Part shown: positions 28,521-38,500 of the stretch, piece after piece
How the letters are laid out: each line of letters begins with the position of its first letter
How positions within the stretch are numbered: the first letter of the stretch is position 1
Position numbers and translations under genes: made by a program
NCBI GenBank assembly: GCA_050300835.1
Contig: JBNKYJ010000145.1
Span: 1-60,158 of the forward strand
DNA from: Sedimenticolaceae bacterium
GTDB taxonomy: Bacteria; Pseudomonadota; Gammaproteobacteria; Chromatiales; Chromatiaceae
Reading direction: 5' to 3'
Length of the DNA: 60,158 nucleotides
Notes under the pieces: model-generated
Databases searched by the model: none
What the model was told of the DNA's origin: nothing
The model's input: only the letters and a program-made list of their open reading frames with translations

Positions 28521-30358
28521 TGCCTCAACTCTCGATCAAAGACCATCTCTACGAGAGCCAGCTCTTTTTGGGCCGCGCCATCGTCTCCGGTGTCCTGGTC
28601 ATCCTGTTGCTGCTGGTTCTGGCCGGACGCCTGTTCTATCTGCAGATCGTGGGTCACGACCACTTCATCACCCTGTCCAAGGACAACCGGGTCAAGTTGC
28701 AGCCACTGCCGCCCACCCGGGGCCTGATCTACGATCGCCACGGCGTCACCCTGGCACAGAACCTGCCCGCCTACAGTCTGGAGATCACCCCGGAGAAGGT
28801 CCCCGATCTCGATGCCACCCTGCGTGCGCTGGGCGACATCATTGAGATCAGTGACGAGGATATTCAGCGTTTTCGCCGGCTGCTGAAGCAACACCGGCGC
28901 TTTGACAGCATCCCGTTGCGCATCCGACTGCAGGACGATGAGGTTTCGCGACTGGCGGTCAATCGCCACCGCTTTCCCGGCGTCGATGTGAAGGCCACGC
29001 TGCTCCGCGACTACCCACAGGGCCTGGAGACCGCCCACCTGCTGGGTTACGTGGGACGCATCAATCAGCGCGAGCTGGAGTACATCGACCTCTCCAACTA
29101 CAGCGGTACCAGCTACATCGGCAAGAACGGTGTGGAGAAGAGCTACGAGAGTCTGCTGCACGGCCAGGTGGGACTGCAGCAGGTCGAGGTCAACGCCAAG
29201 GGGCGTGTGCTGCGGGTCCTGGAGGACCAGCCCCCCACCCCCGGCGACAACCTGCAACTGTTTCTCGATATGGATCTGCAGGAGATCGCCCTCGACGCGC
29301 TGGGCGAGTTCAACGGCGCCGTGGCCGCCATCGAGATCAAGACCGGAGGCGTCCTGACCCTGGTCAGCAAACCGGGTTACGATCCCAACCTGTTCGTGGA
29401 GGGCATCAGCAACGAAGCCTATCAAGCCCTCAAAGACTCGATCGACAACCCGCTGTTCAATCGCGCCATTCGCGGCCAATACCCACCGGGTTCGACGGTC
29501 AAGCCGTTCATCGGCCTGGCCGGACTGGAGTACGGCGTGGTCGGCTACCATCGGGAAACCTACTGCCCCGGCTACTACCAACTGCCGGGCCAGGAGCATA
29601 AATACCGCGACTGGAAGAAGTGGGGGCACGGGAAGGTCGACATGGAGAAGGCCATCGTCGAATCCTGCGATGTCTACTATTACGAACTGTCGCGGACCCT
29701 GGGTATCGACCGCCTGCACGAGTTCCTCACCGGATTCGGATTCGGACAGCCGACGCGGGTCGATCTCACCGGCGAACTCAGCGGCCTGATGCCGAGCCGC
29801 GAGTGGAAACGAAGCAAGCGAAACGAGCCCTGGTATCCCGGCGAAACCCTGATCGTCGGCATCGGCCAGGGCTATTTCCTCGCCACCCCGCTGCAACTGG
29901 CGGCGGCCACCGCCACCCTGGCCAATCAGGGACACCACATCCGCCCCCGGGTCGTGGCGAGCATCGAAAAACCCGACGGCAGCGTTCAGCAGAGCCCCAA
30001 GATCATCGATGACCTGCAGCAACTCGACCCGGTACACAGGAACCAGGTGATCGACGCCATGACCCTGGTGGTGGAGGGGGCTCACGGAACCGCCCGGGCG
30101 ATCCGCAGTGACCGCTATCGCATTGCCGGCAAGACAGGTACCGCCCAGGTCTTCAGCGTCAAGCAGGATGAGGAGTATGATGAGGAGACCGTGGCCAAAC
30201 GCAAGCGCGATCACGCCCTCTTCATCGCCTTCGCCCCGGCGGATGACCCCCAGATCGCTATCGCCGTGGTGGTCGAGAACGGCGGTCACGGCGGCTCGGT
30301 GGCGGCGCCCATCGCACGCAAGATCATGGATCACTATCTGCATCGGGACGGCCCATGA
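28520..30358 (+). CDS. mrdA: Penicillin-binding protein 2
   Basis: ATG at 28520; PTRGLIYDR, YPPGSTVKP (SxxK), SCD, KTGTAQ. Confidence 0.96.
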   Translation: MPQLSIKDHLYESQLFLGRAIVSGVLVILLLLVLAGRLFYLQIVGHDHFITLSKDNRVKLQPLPPTRGLIYDRHGVTLAQNLPAYSLEITPEKVPDLDATLRALGDIIEISDEDIQRFRRLLKQHRRFDSIPLRIRLQDDEVSRLAVNRHRFPGVDVKATLLRDYPQGLETAHLLGYVGRINQRELEYIDLSNYSGTSYIGKNGVEKSYESLLHGQVGLQQVEVNAKGRVLRVLEDQPPTPGDNLQLFLDMDLQEIALDALGEFNGAVAAIEIKTGGVLTLVSKPGYDPNLFVEGISNEAYQALKDSIDNPLFNRAIRGQYPPGSTVKPFIGLAGLEYGVVGYHRETYCPGYYQLPGQEHKYRDWKKWGHGKVDMEKAIVESCDVYYYELSRTLGIDRLHEFLTGFGFGQPTRVDLTGELSGLMPSREWKRSKRNEPWYPGETLIVGIGQGYFLATPLQLAAATATLANQGHHIRPRVVASIEKPDGSVQQSPKIIDDLQQLDPVHRNQVIDAMTLVVEGAHGTARAIRSDRYRIAGKTGTAQVFSVKQDEEYDEETVAKRKRDHALFIAFAPADDPQIAIAVVVENGGHGGSVAAPIARKIMDHYLHRDGP

Positions 30359-31494
30359 GCGAGATACCCAAATCGGCTCTCTCCTTTCAGGAGTCGCAGC
30401 CTGCACGGCCCAGCGGCCTGCTCGCCTGGCTGCATATCGATCTGCCCCTGCTGACCAGCCTGGTGCTGCTCGCCGCGCTCGGATTGGCGGTACTCTACAG
30501 CGCCGGGGACCGGGAGATGATGCTGGTACAAAAACAGATGATCCGTCTCGGTGTCGGCTTCCTGGCCATGATCCTGCTGGCTCAGATCCACCCCGATCAT
30601 CTGCGTCGCTGGTCGCCCCTGCTCTACCTGATCGGCATCCTGATGTTATTGGCGGTGATCCTCTTCGGAGAGGCGGGCAAGGGGGCGCAACGCTGGCTCG
30701 ATCTGGGCCTGGTGCGCTTTCAGCCCTCGGAGATGTTCAAACTCACGCTGCCGATGACGATTGCCTGGTTCCTGGCCGACAAGCGTCTGCCGCCGACCCT
30801 GCCCCGGCTGCTGGTGTCCGGTCTGCTGACCCTGGTGCCGGTGCTGCTGATCGCCAAGCAGCCCGACCTGGGTACCGCCCTGCTGGTCGCTTCAGCCGGC
30901 GCCTTCGCCCTCTTCCTGGCCGGCATCTCCTGGTATCTGATCGGCGCCGTCGGAATCACCATGGCGGCCCTCGGCCCGCTGGCCTGGTATCTGATGCACG
31001 ACTATCAGCGCCAGCGGGTACTGACCTTTCTCAACCCGGAGAGCGATCCGCTGGGCACCGGCTACCACATCATCCAGTCGAAGATCGCCATCGGCTCGGG
31101 CGGCATCGGCGGCAAGGGGTGGCTCAACGGCACCCAGTCACACCTGGAGTTCCTGCCGGAACGCCATACCGACTTCATCTTCGCCGTGATCTCGGAGGAG
31201 TTCGGCCTGGTCGGCGTCTCGGCCCTGCTCTGCCTCTACCTCTTCATCATCCTGCGCGGCCTGTACATCGCGACCCAGGCCCAGGATACCTACAGTCGTA
31301 TCCTGGCCGGCTCGCTCTCCATGGTCTTCTTCGTCTATCTTTTCGTAAACGCCGGCATGGTCAGCGGACTGCTGCCGGTGGTCGGAGTCCCGTTGCCACT
31401 GATCAGCTTCGGCGGCACCTCGCTGGTGACCATCCTGATCGGCTTCGGTATCCTGATGTCCATCCACACCCATAGAAAACTGCTGCCAACATGA
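30355..31494 (+). CDS. rodA: Rod shape-determining protein RodA
   Basis: GAQRWL, FQPSE, QPDLGT, LPERHTDFIF, GVPLPLISFGG. Confidence 0.96.
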   Translation: MSEIPKSALSFQESQPARPSGLLAWLHIDLPLLTSLVLLAALGLAVLYSAGDREMMLVQKQMIRLGVGFLAMILLAQIHPDHLRRWSPLLYLIGILMLLAVILFGEAGKGAQRWLDLGLVRFQPSEMFKLTLPMTIAWFLADKRLPPTLPRLLVSGLLTLVPVLLIAKQPDLGTALLVASAGAFALFLAGISWYLIGAVGITMAALGPLAWYLMHDYQRQRVLTFLNPESDPLGTGYHIIQSKIAIGSGGIGGKGWLNGTQSHLEFLPERHTDFIFAVISEEFGLVGVSALLCLYLFIILRGLYIATQAQDTYSRILAGSLSMVFFVYLFVNAGMVSGLLPVVGVPLPLISFGGTSLVTILIGFGILMSIHTHRKLLPT

Positions 31495-32498
31495 GACAGT
31501 TGATAACGACCCTGACCCTGGCGGGTCTGATCCTGACCACCTCGGCCTGTGCCACCACGCCGGACTTCCGCTCCGAGTTCAAGTCCTTCGCCGTCGAGAT
31601 GGAGAGAAAGCACCAGCTCCCTGCCGACGAGATCGAAGCCCTGCTGGCCGGCACCGAATTCCGCGACGACATCATCGCCGCCATCACCCGCCCCGCCGAG
31701 GCCAAACCCTGGCACGAATACCGGCCGATCTTCCTCAAGCCGGACCGCATCCAGGGCGGCGTCGAGTTCTGGCAACAGAACGCGGCCCTGCTGGAGCGCA
31801 TCAGCCGGGAGTACGGCATCCCGCCCGAGATCATCGTCGCCATCATCGGCGTGGAGACCCGCTACGGAAAATTCACCGGTCGCTACCGTATTCTCGATTC
31901 CCTCACCACCCTCGCCTTCGGTTATCCCAAGCGGGCCGAGTTCTTCCGCAGCGAACTGGAGCAGTTTCTGCTGCTGAGCCGGGAGGAGTCGGTCGATCCG
32001 CACAGCGCCAAAGGCTCCTATGCCGGCGCCATGGGCAAGCCTCAGTTCATCGCCAGCAGCTACCGACGCTATGCCGTCGATGGAGACGGCGACGGCAAGC
32101 GCGATCTGTGGCAGAGCAATGCCGATGTCATCGCCAGCGTGGCCAACTATTTCAAAACCCACGGCTGGCGCCCCGGAGAGCCGATCACCCTGCAGGCGAC
32201 AACCAACGGACAAAGCGATCTGCAGCCTTACGTGGAAGCCGGCATGAAACCGAGCATTCCCCTGGAAATGCTGCTGCGATCGGGCCTGAGCCCACTGGAC
32301 GACCTGGCCCTGCCGGACCCGGAGACTCTGAGCAGTCTGATCAAGCTGGATGCGGGCGGCACGGACGAATACTGGTTCGGGCTGCACAATTTCTACGTCA
32401 TCACCCGCTATAATCACAGCAACCTCTACGCCATGGCGGCCTATCAGCTGAGCCAGGAGATCCTGAACGCCAAGCAGGCCGCGGAGAAACGACCCTGA
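31491..32498 (+). CDS. mltB: Lytic murein transglycosylase B
   Basis: IIVAIIGVETRYG, GSYAGAMG.PQF..SSY, DGDGDG, ITRYNHS. Confidence 0.93.
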   Translation: MRQLITTLTLAGLILTTSACATTPDFRSEFKSFAVEMERKHQLPADEIEALLAGTEFRDDIIAAITRPAEAKPWHEYRPIFLKPDRIQGGVEFWQQNAALLERISREYGIPPEIIVAIIGVETRYGKFTGRYRILDSLTTLAFGYPKRAEFFRSELEQFLLLSREESVDPHSAKGSYAGAMGKPQFIASSYRRYAVDGDGDGKRDLWQSNADVIASVANYFKTHGWRPGEPITLQATTNGQSDLQPYVEAGMKPSIPLEMLLRSGLSPLDDLALPDPETLSSLIKLDAGGTDEYWFGLHNFYVITRYNHSNLYAMAAYQLSQEILNAKQAAEKRP

Positions 32499-32501
32499 GC
32501 C

Positions 32502-33344
32502 ATGCCCGACGCCGCACGCCTCCTAAGATCGCTCCCGCCACCAGGCATGGCGCTGGCCCTGAGCCTGCTGCTGGCGGCCTGTGGCAGCGCTCCCAAGATC
32601 GGCACCCAGGACGGCATCAGCCGGCATCTGCCGCCCCCGGTGGATATCGCCAGCATCCCCGATCCGACGCCCAGGGTGGAGCCGCTCAGCAGCTATGGCA
32701 ATCCCGACAGTTATGTGGTCTTCGGACGCCGTTATCACACCCTCAAGGACGGCCGCGGCTACAGCGAAAGAGGCATCGCCTCCTGGTACGGCAGCAAATT
32801 TCACGGCCGCCGCACCAGCAGCGGCGAGCCCTATGACATGTACGCCATGACCGCCGCCCACAAGAGCCTGCCCCTGCCCTGCTATGCCCGGGTCACCAAT
32901 CTGCGCAACAACCGCAGCGTGGTCGTCCGCGTCAACGACCGCGGCCCGTTTCACGACAACCGCCTGATCGATCTCTCCTACACCGCCGCCTGGAAGCTGG
33001 GCATCGTCGGCGAGGGCACCGGGCTGGTGGAAGTCACGGCCATCGATCCGGTAGCACCGCCGGCCGCCAGCGAACCCGAGACGCCGAAATCCAAGCCGAT
33101 CCGCGGCCTGCCGGAACTCTTCCTTCAGATCGGCGCCTTCGGCAACGCCGGCAACGCCGATCGGCTCAAACAGCGAATCGAGGAACAATTGCAGGTCAAC
33201 GTACTCATAGAGGAGAGCACGGTATCCACCGCCCCGGTCTATCGGGTGCAGGTCGGTCCCATCGCCAGTGTCGAACTGGCGGATCATCTGACACAACGGT
33301 TGGATCAGCTGGGCATCAGAGATCCCCATGTTGTGATTCGCTAG
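32502..33344 (+). CDS. rlpA: Septal ring lytic transglycosylase RlpA (SPOR domain)
   Basis: Lipobox LAAC, GIASWYG, MTAAHKSLPL, VNDRGPF, LQIGAF SPOR domain. Confidence 0.93.
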   Translation: MPDAARLLRSLPPPGMALALSLLLAACGSAPKIGTQDGISRHLPPPVDIASIPDPTPRVEPLSSYGNPDSYVVFGRRYHTLKDGRGYSERGIASWYGSKFHGRRTSSGEPYDMYAMTAAHKSLPLPCYARVTNLRNNRSVVVRVNDRGPFHDNRLIDLSYTAAWKLGIVGEGTGLVEVTAIDPVAPPAASEPETPKSKPIRGLPELFLQIGAFGNAGNADRLKQRIEEQLQVNVLIEESTVSTAPVYRVQVGPIASVELADHLTQRLDQLGIRDPHVVIR

Positions 33345-33419
33345 ACAGCGCACGGATTGCGCTTCGCCGAGCCGCTTCAATAAAATAACGCCTGCACCCA
33401 AAAGACGATCCCGAGAGTC

Positions 33420-34568
33420 ATGACCTTTTTGAATTACCTGTTGAAAAGCCTGTTCATCCTTACCCTGATCCTGATTGCAGCGCCTCTGCAGGCCGCCGTC
33501 CCCATTCCGGCGCCACCGGAAGTGGCCGCCAGCGGCTATATCCTGGTCGACTTCCATAGCAGCAAGGTACTGGCGGAGAAAGACCCCGATCAACGCCTGG
33601 AACCGGCCAGCCTGACCAAGATCATGACCGCCTACACCATCTTCCGGGAGCTGAAACAGGGCAATATCAACCTGGAAGACGACGTGCTGATCAGCGAGAA
33701 GGCCTGGCGTACCGGCGGTTCGCGCATGTTTGTCGAGGTCGGAAAACGGGTCAAGGTGAAGGATCTGATCAAGGGCATGATCATTCAATCCGGCAACGAC
33801 GCCTGTGTCGCCCTGGCCGAGCATATCGCCGGCAGTGAAGCCACCTTTGCCGACCTGATGAACAACCATGCACAGCGCCTCGGCATGACCCATACCCACT
33901 TCGTCAACAGCACCGGCCTGCCTCACGAAGACCACTACACGACGCCCGCCGACATCGCCAAGGCCGCCATCGCCACGATCCGGGAGTTTCCGGAGTACTA
34001 TCACTGGTACAGCGAAAAATCCTTTGTCTTCAACGATATCAAGCAACACAACCGAAACAAGCTGTTGTGGCGTGACGACAGCGTCGACGGCATGAAGACC
34101 GGCCATACCGAAGCCGCCGGCTACTGCCTGGTGTCATCGGCCCTGCGCGACGGCATGCGGCTGGTCTCGGTGGTCATGGGCACCGACAGCGAAGAGGCCC
34201 GCGCCAAGGCGAGCCAGAGCCTGCTCAACTACGGGTTTCGCTTCTACGAGACCCATCAGCTCTACGCCGCTGGCGATGTGCTCAACCGCGCCCGTATCTG
34301 GAAGGGTAGCGACGAGAAACTGCCTCTCGGTCTGGCTCAGGACCTGAACGTCACCATTCCCCGCCACCAGTACCAGAACCTGGAGGCACAGTTGGAAGTC
34401 TCGCCCAAGATCATGGCACCGGTCTCCGAGGGCGAGGTGCTTGGACAGGTCCACGTGACCCTGCAAGGCGAACCGGTCGCGACTGCCGATCTGATCGCCC
34501 TCAAGGGCGTGGGGGACGGCAACCTGTGGCAACAGATCAAGGACAGTGCCCTGCTCTGGCTCGAGTGA
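33420..34568 (+). CDS. dacA: D-alanyl-D-alanine carboxypeptidase (PBP5/6)
   Basis: PASLTKIMT, SGNDA, KTGHT. Confidence 0.92.
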   Translation: MTFLNYLLKSLFILTLILIAAPLQAAVPIPAPPEVAASGYILVDFHSSKVLAEKDPDQRLEPASLTKIMTAYTIFRELKQGNINLEDDVLISEKAWRTGGSRMFVEVGKRVKVKDLIKGMIIQSGNDACVALAEHIAGSEATFADLMNNHAQRLGMTHTHFVNSTGLPHEDHYTTPADIAKAAIATIREFPEYYHWYSEKSFVFNDIKQHNRNKLLWRDDSVDGMKTGHTEAAGYCLVSSALRDGMRLVSVVMGTDSEEARAKASQSLLNYGFRFYETHQLYAAGDVLNRARIWKGSDEKLPLGLAQDLNVTIPRHQYQNLEAQLEVSPKIMAPVSEGEVLGQVHVTLQGEPVATADLIALKGVGDGNLWQQIKDSALLWLE

Positions 34569-34572
34569 TCCC

Positions 34573-34842
34573 ATGACCGATGCGCAAGATACCCTGCTCG
34601 AATTCCCCTGTGACTACCTGCTCAAGGTGATGGGCCGGGCGGAGCCGGGTTTCGACAGCCTGGTGGTGGAGCTGGTACGCAGACACGTACCCGACCTTCG
34701 AGAGGGCGCCGTCACCAGCCGGCCCAGCAAGGGGGGCAAATGGGTCTCGGTCAGCGTGACCCTGAGAGCCGAGAGCAAAGCTCAGCTGGATGCCATCTAT
34801 CTCGACCTGACGGCCCATGAAAAGGTCGTGATGGCACTTTAA
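34573..34842 (+). CDS. ybeD: YbeD / DUF493 family protein
   Basis: LLEFPCDYLLKVMG, RPSKGGKWVSVSV; dacA-ybeD-lipB synteny. Confidence 0.9.
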   Translation: MTDAQDTLLEFPCDYLLKVMGRAEPGFDSLVVELVRRHVPDLREGAVTSRPSKGGKWVSVSVTLRAESKAQLDAIYLDLTAHEKVVMAL

Positions 34843-34846
34843 AATT

Positions 34847-34971
34847 AATTTTGAATTTTGAATTATGAATTTTGAATCGAGCCGGGCGCTTCGTATGCTG
34901 AAGTCATCCAAATCGGCCGTGCGCGAAGCGCACTCCGCCAATTCAAAATTCATAATTCAAAATTCATAATT
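34847..34971. repeat. Palindromic heptamer-repeat element, copy 2 (125 bp)
   Basis: Left arm AATTTTG AATTTTG AATTATG AATTTTG AATCGAG..GCGCTTCG; right arm CGAAGCGC..CAATT CAAAATT CATAATT CAAAATT CATAATT. Confidence 0.9.
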
Positions 34972-34976
34972 CACTC

Positions 34977-35642
34977 ATGCCCTTCAAAGGCACCCTTCTT
35001 GTCAAACAGCTGGGCCTCAGGCCCTACACTGAAACCTGGCATGCCATGCGGGACTACACCGACCGCCGTGACACATCGAGCGGCGACCAGCTTTGGCTGC
35101 TGCAGCACCCGCCGGTCTTCACCCTCGGCCAGGCCGGCAAACCCGAGCATCTGATCGCACCCGGCACCATCCCCGTCATCCGCACCGACCGCGGCGGACA
35201 GGTGACCTACCACGGTCCCGGGCAGCTGGTCGCCTATCTGCTGCTCGACCTGCGCCGCGCGGGACTCGGCGTACGCGGCCTGGTGACATTGCTGGAACAG
35301 GCCGTCATCGACATGCTCGCGTCAGAGGGCATCGAGGCCGCCGCCCGTCGGGATGCTCCAGGCGTCTATATCGGGGATGCGAAAATCGCCTCCGTCGGCC
35401 TGCGCGTACGCCATGGCTGCAGTTTCCACGGACTCAGTCTCAATATCGCCATGGACCTCACCCCGTTCGAACGTATCAATCCCTGCGGCTACCCGGGCCT
35501 GCAGGTCACTCAACTCGCGGATTGGGTCAAGGGCGCCGATTTACCCAGGGTTGAGCGGGAATTCCCGCGACACCTGGCGCGTGGTTTGGGCTACACTCTC
35601 GAATTCGAATCCCGACAGAGGTCTGAAACAGTCGACACATGA
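34977..35642 (+). CDS. lipB: Octanoyltransferase
   Basis: [39 protein letters not shown]. Confidence 0.96.
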   Translation: MPFKGTLLVKQLGLRPYTETWHAMRDYTDRRDTSSGDQLWLLQHPPVFTLGQAGKPEHLIAPGTIPVIRTDRGGQVTYHGPGQLVAYLLLDLRRAGLGVRGLVTLLEQAVIDMLASEGIEAAARRDAPGVYIGDAKIASVGLRVRHGCSFHGLSLNIAMDLTPFERINPCGYPGLQVTQLADWVKGADLPRVEREFPRHLARGLGYTLEFESRQRSETVDT

Positions 35643-36613
35643 GCCGCGCCAACGACCACCTGCCCCCTTCCCGCTCCACTCCCGAGAGCCATCAACGGGG
35701 AAAAGACAAGCTCGCCCGCATCCCCGTCAAGGTGGAACCGCAGGAGACCTTGCCACGCAAACCCAATTGGATTCGCGCCAAGGCGCCGATGGGCAAGGAG
35801 GTCACCCGCATCCGCCGCATCCTGCGCGAAAAAGGGCTCAGCTCGGTCTGCGAGGAGGCCGCCTGTCCCAACCTCGGCGAGTGCTTCCATCACGGCACCG
35901 CCACCTTCATGATCATGGGTGACATCTGTACCCGCCGTTGCCCCTTCTGCGACGTATCCCACGGCAAGCCGCAACCGCTCGATGCGGACGAGCCGATCAA
36001 GTTGGCCCAGGCTATCGCCGATATGCGGCTGCGCTACGTCGTCATCACCTCGGTCGACCGGGACGATCTGCGTGACGGTGGCGCCGGCCACTTCGCCGAC
36101 TGCATCGCCGCCGTGCGCGAGCAGATGCCGCAAACCAGGGTGGAGGTGCTGGTTCCCGACTTCAGGGGCCGGGTCGAAACCGCCCTGGCGGCCCTCGACA
36201 GACACCCCCCCGATGTCTTCAATCACAACCTGGAGACGGTGCCACGGCTCTACCGGGAAGCCCGTCCCGGCGCGGACTATCAGGGCTCGCTCGAACTGCT
36301 GCAGCAGTTCAAGGCGCGTCAGGCCGGTATACCGACCAAATCAGGCCTGATGCTGGGACTGGGCGAGACCGACCAGGAAGTGCTCGAGGTCCTGCGGGAC
36401 CTGCGCAACCATGGCTGCGAGATGCTGACCCTGGGACAGTACCTGCAACCCAGTCGCGACCACCTCCCAGTACGCCGCTTCGTCAGCCCCGAGGCGTTCG
36501 ACGCCCTGGGGCGGGAGGCGGAGGCGATGGGTTTCACCAGTGTCGCCAGCGGCCCCATGGTCCGCTCCTCCTACCACGCCGACCTGCAGGCCAATCCGCT
36601 GCTCGGCAAATAA
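35639..36613 (+). CDS. lipA: Lipoyl synthase
   Basis: [27 protein letters not shown]. Confidence 0.97.
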   Translation: MSRANDHLPPSRSTPESHQRGKDKLARIPVKVEPQETLPRKPNWIRAKAPMGKEVTRIRRILREKGLSSVCEEAACPNLGECFHHGTATFMIMGDICTRRCPFCDVSHGKPQPLDADEPIKLAQAIADMRLRYVVITSVDRDDLRDGGAGHFADCIAAVREQMPQTRVEVLVPDFRGRVETALAALDRHPPDVFNHNLETVPRLYREARPGADYQGSLELLQQFKARQAGIPTKSGLMLGLGETDQEVLEVLRDLRNHGCEMLTLGQYLQPSRDHLPVRRFVSPEAFDALGREAEAMGFTSVASGPMVRSSYHADLQANPLLGK

Positions 36614-36616
36614 CCC

Positions 36617-37372
36617 ATGGATGTCGCCACCACCCGCCTGATCGAAGCCCTCGTGCTACCGCCAGGCGGATTGCTGCTGCTGGCATTTGCCGGCCTGTTG
36701 CTGTGGCGCACCAGACTCGGCCGCCGTCTGCTCGCGTTGAGCCTGATACTCCTGCTTCTGCTCAGCTTGCCGGCAACCAGCGACCAGTTGTACCTCGCTC
36801 TGGAGCGAACACCGGCGATTACCGCTGAGCGCATCGCTCTGGATCGCCCGCAGGCGATCGTGCTCCTGGGCGGCGGCCGCTATCTCAATGCACCGGAGTA
36901 CGCTGGCGATACGCTGAAACCGCGTGCTCTCGCCCGACTGCGCTATGCCGCCACACTCTCCCGTCAAAACAACCTGCCGGTGATCCCCAGCGGAGGCAAT
37001 CCCGGCGCCAACGGCGAGGCCGAAGCGGTCATCGCCCGCGATCTTCTACAGAATGAGTTCGGTGTCCCCGTGCTCGCTATCGAACGCCGCAGCAACACCA
37101 CTTGGGAGAACGCCCGCTACACCGCACAGTTGATGAAACAACACGACATCGAGCGCATCATTCTGGTCACCGATGCCGGCCACATGACCCGATCCCTCTA
37201 CGCCTTCGAGCGCAACGGCATAAAGCCCACACCTGCGCCGACCAACTTTCTCTCCGTCGTCACCCAGGAAGTCTCACCCGTCGAACGCTACCTGCCCAGC
37301 GCCAGGGCCCTCAACCAGAGCAGCGATGCCCTGCATGAACTCATTGGCCTCTTGTGGTATCGGCTCAAATAG
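36617..37372 (+). CDS. YdcF/ElyC (DUF218) family protein
   Basis: N-terminal TMs, AIVLLGGG, SGG, SNTTWENA, LVTDAGHMTRS, HELIG. Confidence 0.85.
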   Translation: MDVATTRLIEALVLPPGGLLLLAFAGLLLWRTRLGRRLLALSLILLLLLSLPATSDQLYLALERTPAITAERIALDRPQAIVLLGGGRYLNAPEYAGDTLKPRALARLRYAATLSRQNNLPVIPSGGNPGANGEAEAVIARDLLQNEFGVPVLAIERRSNTTWENARYTAQLMKQHDIERIILVTDAGHMTRSLYAFERNGIKPTPAPTNFLSVVTQEVSPVERYLPSARALNQSSDALHELIGLLWYRLK

Positions 37373-37423
37373 TTTTGCCCTTTCACTCCCAGGCCCACAA
37401 GCTATGGGATCGAAACCCTGGAT

Positions 37424-37451
37424 AAAAAAACCCCGGCCGAAGCCGGGGCTT
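37424..37451. terminator. Intrinsic terminator between convergent genes
   Basis: AAAAAAACCCCGGC-CGAA-GCCGGGGCTT. Confidence 0.8.
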
Positions 37452-37482
37452 GAACTGCGCTTGCGACGTCCCTCTCTCTGAA

Positions 37483-38037
37483 TTAGACGCCCTTACGCTT
37501 ACCGCTGAAAACCAACCCGAGAATACCCAAGCTCATCAACATCAGCGCACCGGGTTCGGTCGTGCGCGTCAAACCGTTCCAGATCGCCACATTGGCAATA
37601 TCGTCGCCCTTGTCCGGGCGTAAACCTCTCAGTGAAATCTGCTGCGTACCATGCCCACTCCCAAGATCGTAGAGATACCCTGCAGGCAAGCCTTCAGCGT
37701 GATTGAAACTGGCTAAGCCGTGGGAACAATCCGCTGCCATGCGGAGTACGCTGTGGTTGATGCTGCTGTTGACTGAGGGATCGTAACTCCAAAGATAGGA
37801 CGCTTCCTGCTCGTCACCCAGGTCCTTGTCCGCCTGACTGTTCCAGCTCAACGCCAAGCTTTGGTACGAGATATTGAAGGCTGTATTGATCTCACCCGGT
37901 GTGGCGAGATTGAAGTTATGGTCAGCGGTCTCTGCCACATCGGACTGCAACAGTGCCATGGCCGGAACCTGAGAGCTGGCCAGCAGCAACGACAATGCCG
38001 GCAACAGCCATTTGAAGAGGACTTGTGTCGTTTTCAT
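37483..38037 (-). CDS. Secreted protein with degenerate PEP-CTERM sorting signal
   Basis: Signal peptide; C-terminus TTEPGALMLMSLGILGLVFSG-KRKGV (xxEP + TM + basic tail). Confidence 0.72.
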   Translation of the reverse strand: MKTTQVLFKWLLPALSLLLASSQVPAMALLQSDVAETADHNFNLATPGEINTAFNISYQSLALSWNSQADKDLGDEQEASYLWSYDPSVNSSINHSVLRMAADCSHGLASFNHAEGLPAGYLYDLGSGHGTQQISLRGLRPDKGDDIANVAIWNGLTRTTEPGALMLMSLGILGLVFSGKRKGV

Positions 38038-38076
38038 GATCGGAGGCAGGATTTATAGTTATATAAATCTTGAACC

Positions 38077-38091
38077 GCAATCATGATGCCA
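38077..38091 (-). promoter_or_regulatory. sigma54 (-24/-12) promoter
   Basis: TGGCAT-CATGA-TTGC on the minus strand, about 40 bp upstream of the ATG. Confidence 0.78.
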
Positions 38092-38110
38092 ATCCTGAAA
38101 CAGATCTTAC

Positions 38111-38123
38111 AAACAATAAGTTA
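38111..38123. promoter_or_regulatory. IHF-like site
   Basis: AAACAATAAGTTA vs WATCAANNNNTTR, lying between the sigma54 site and the enhancer. Confidence 0.55.
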
Positions 38124-38156
38124 TGCGCTACTCGACAGGAGCATACGGGTTTCGTC

Positions 38157-38173
38157 TGTCAAACATTTCGACA
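38157..38173. promoter_or_regulatory. Enhancer-binding protein site (TGT-N11-ACA, PEP-CTERM/PrsR-box-like)
   Basis: TGTCAAACATTTCGACA; a related TGTAAAAAATTCCGATG lies at 38460-38476. Confidence 0.6.
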
Positions 38174-38500
38174 TCCGCATAAGCCGTTTAGGCTTGATAT
38201 CAACACGCAACAGTAGCGGTCGAGGATTTGGAATCCCTACGAGATCACCCTGTGGTCAGCGGCATGTCCGTACCCCACAAAACTTGCCAGCACAGTGAGC
38301 GGCAGCCAGTTATTCATTTGGATACAATAAGTTAAACACCCACCTCGGGCAGCCCCACCTTGATTCGAAGGCAACGCGCTTGCCTTTTAGCATTGCCGTG
38401 ATCCCGTACCCGCCTCTCATCGATGGGGATCACTTCCGTTTAAGCGGATATTAAGAAAGTGTAAAAAATTCCGATGCCACGCCTGGACGCTATCCAGGCA

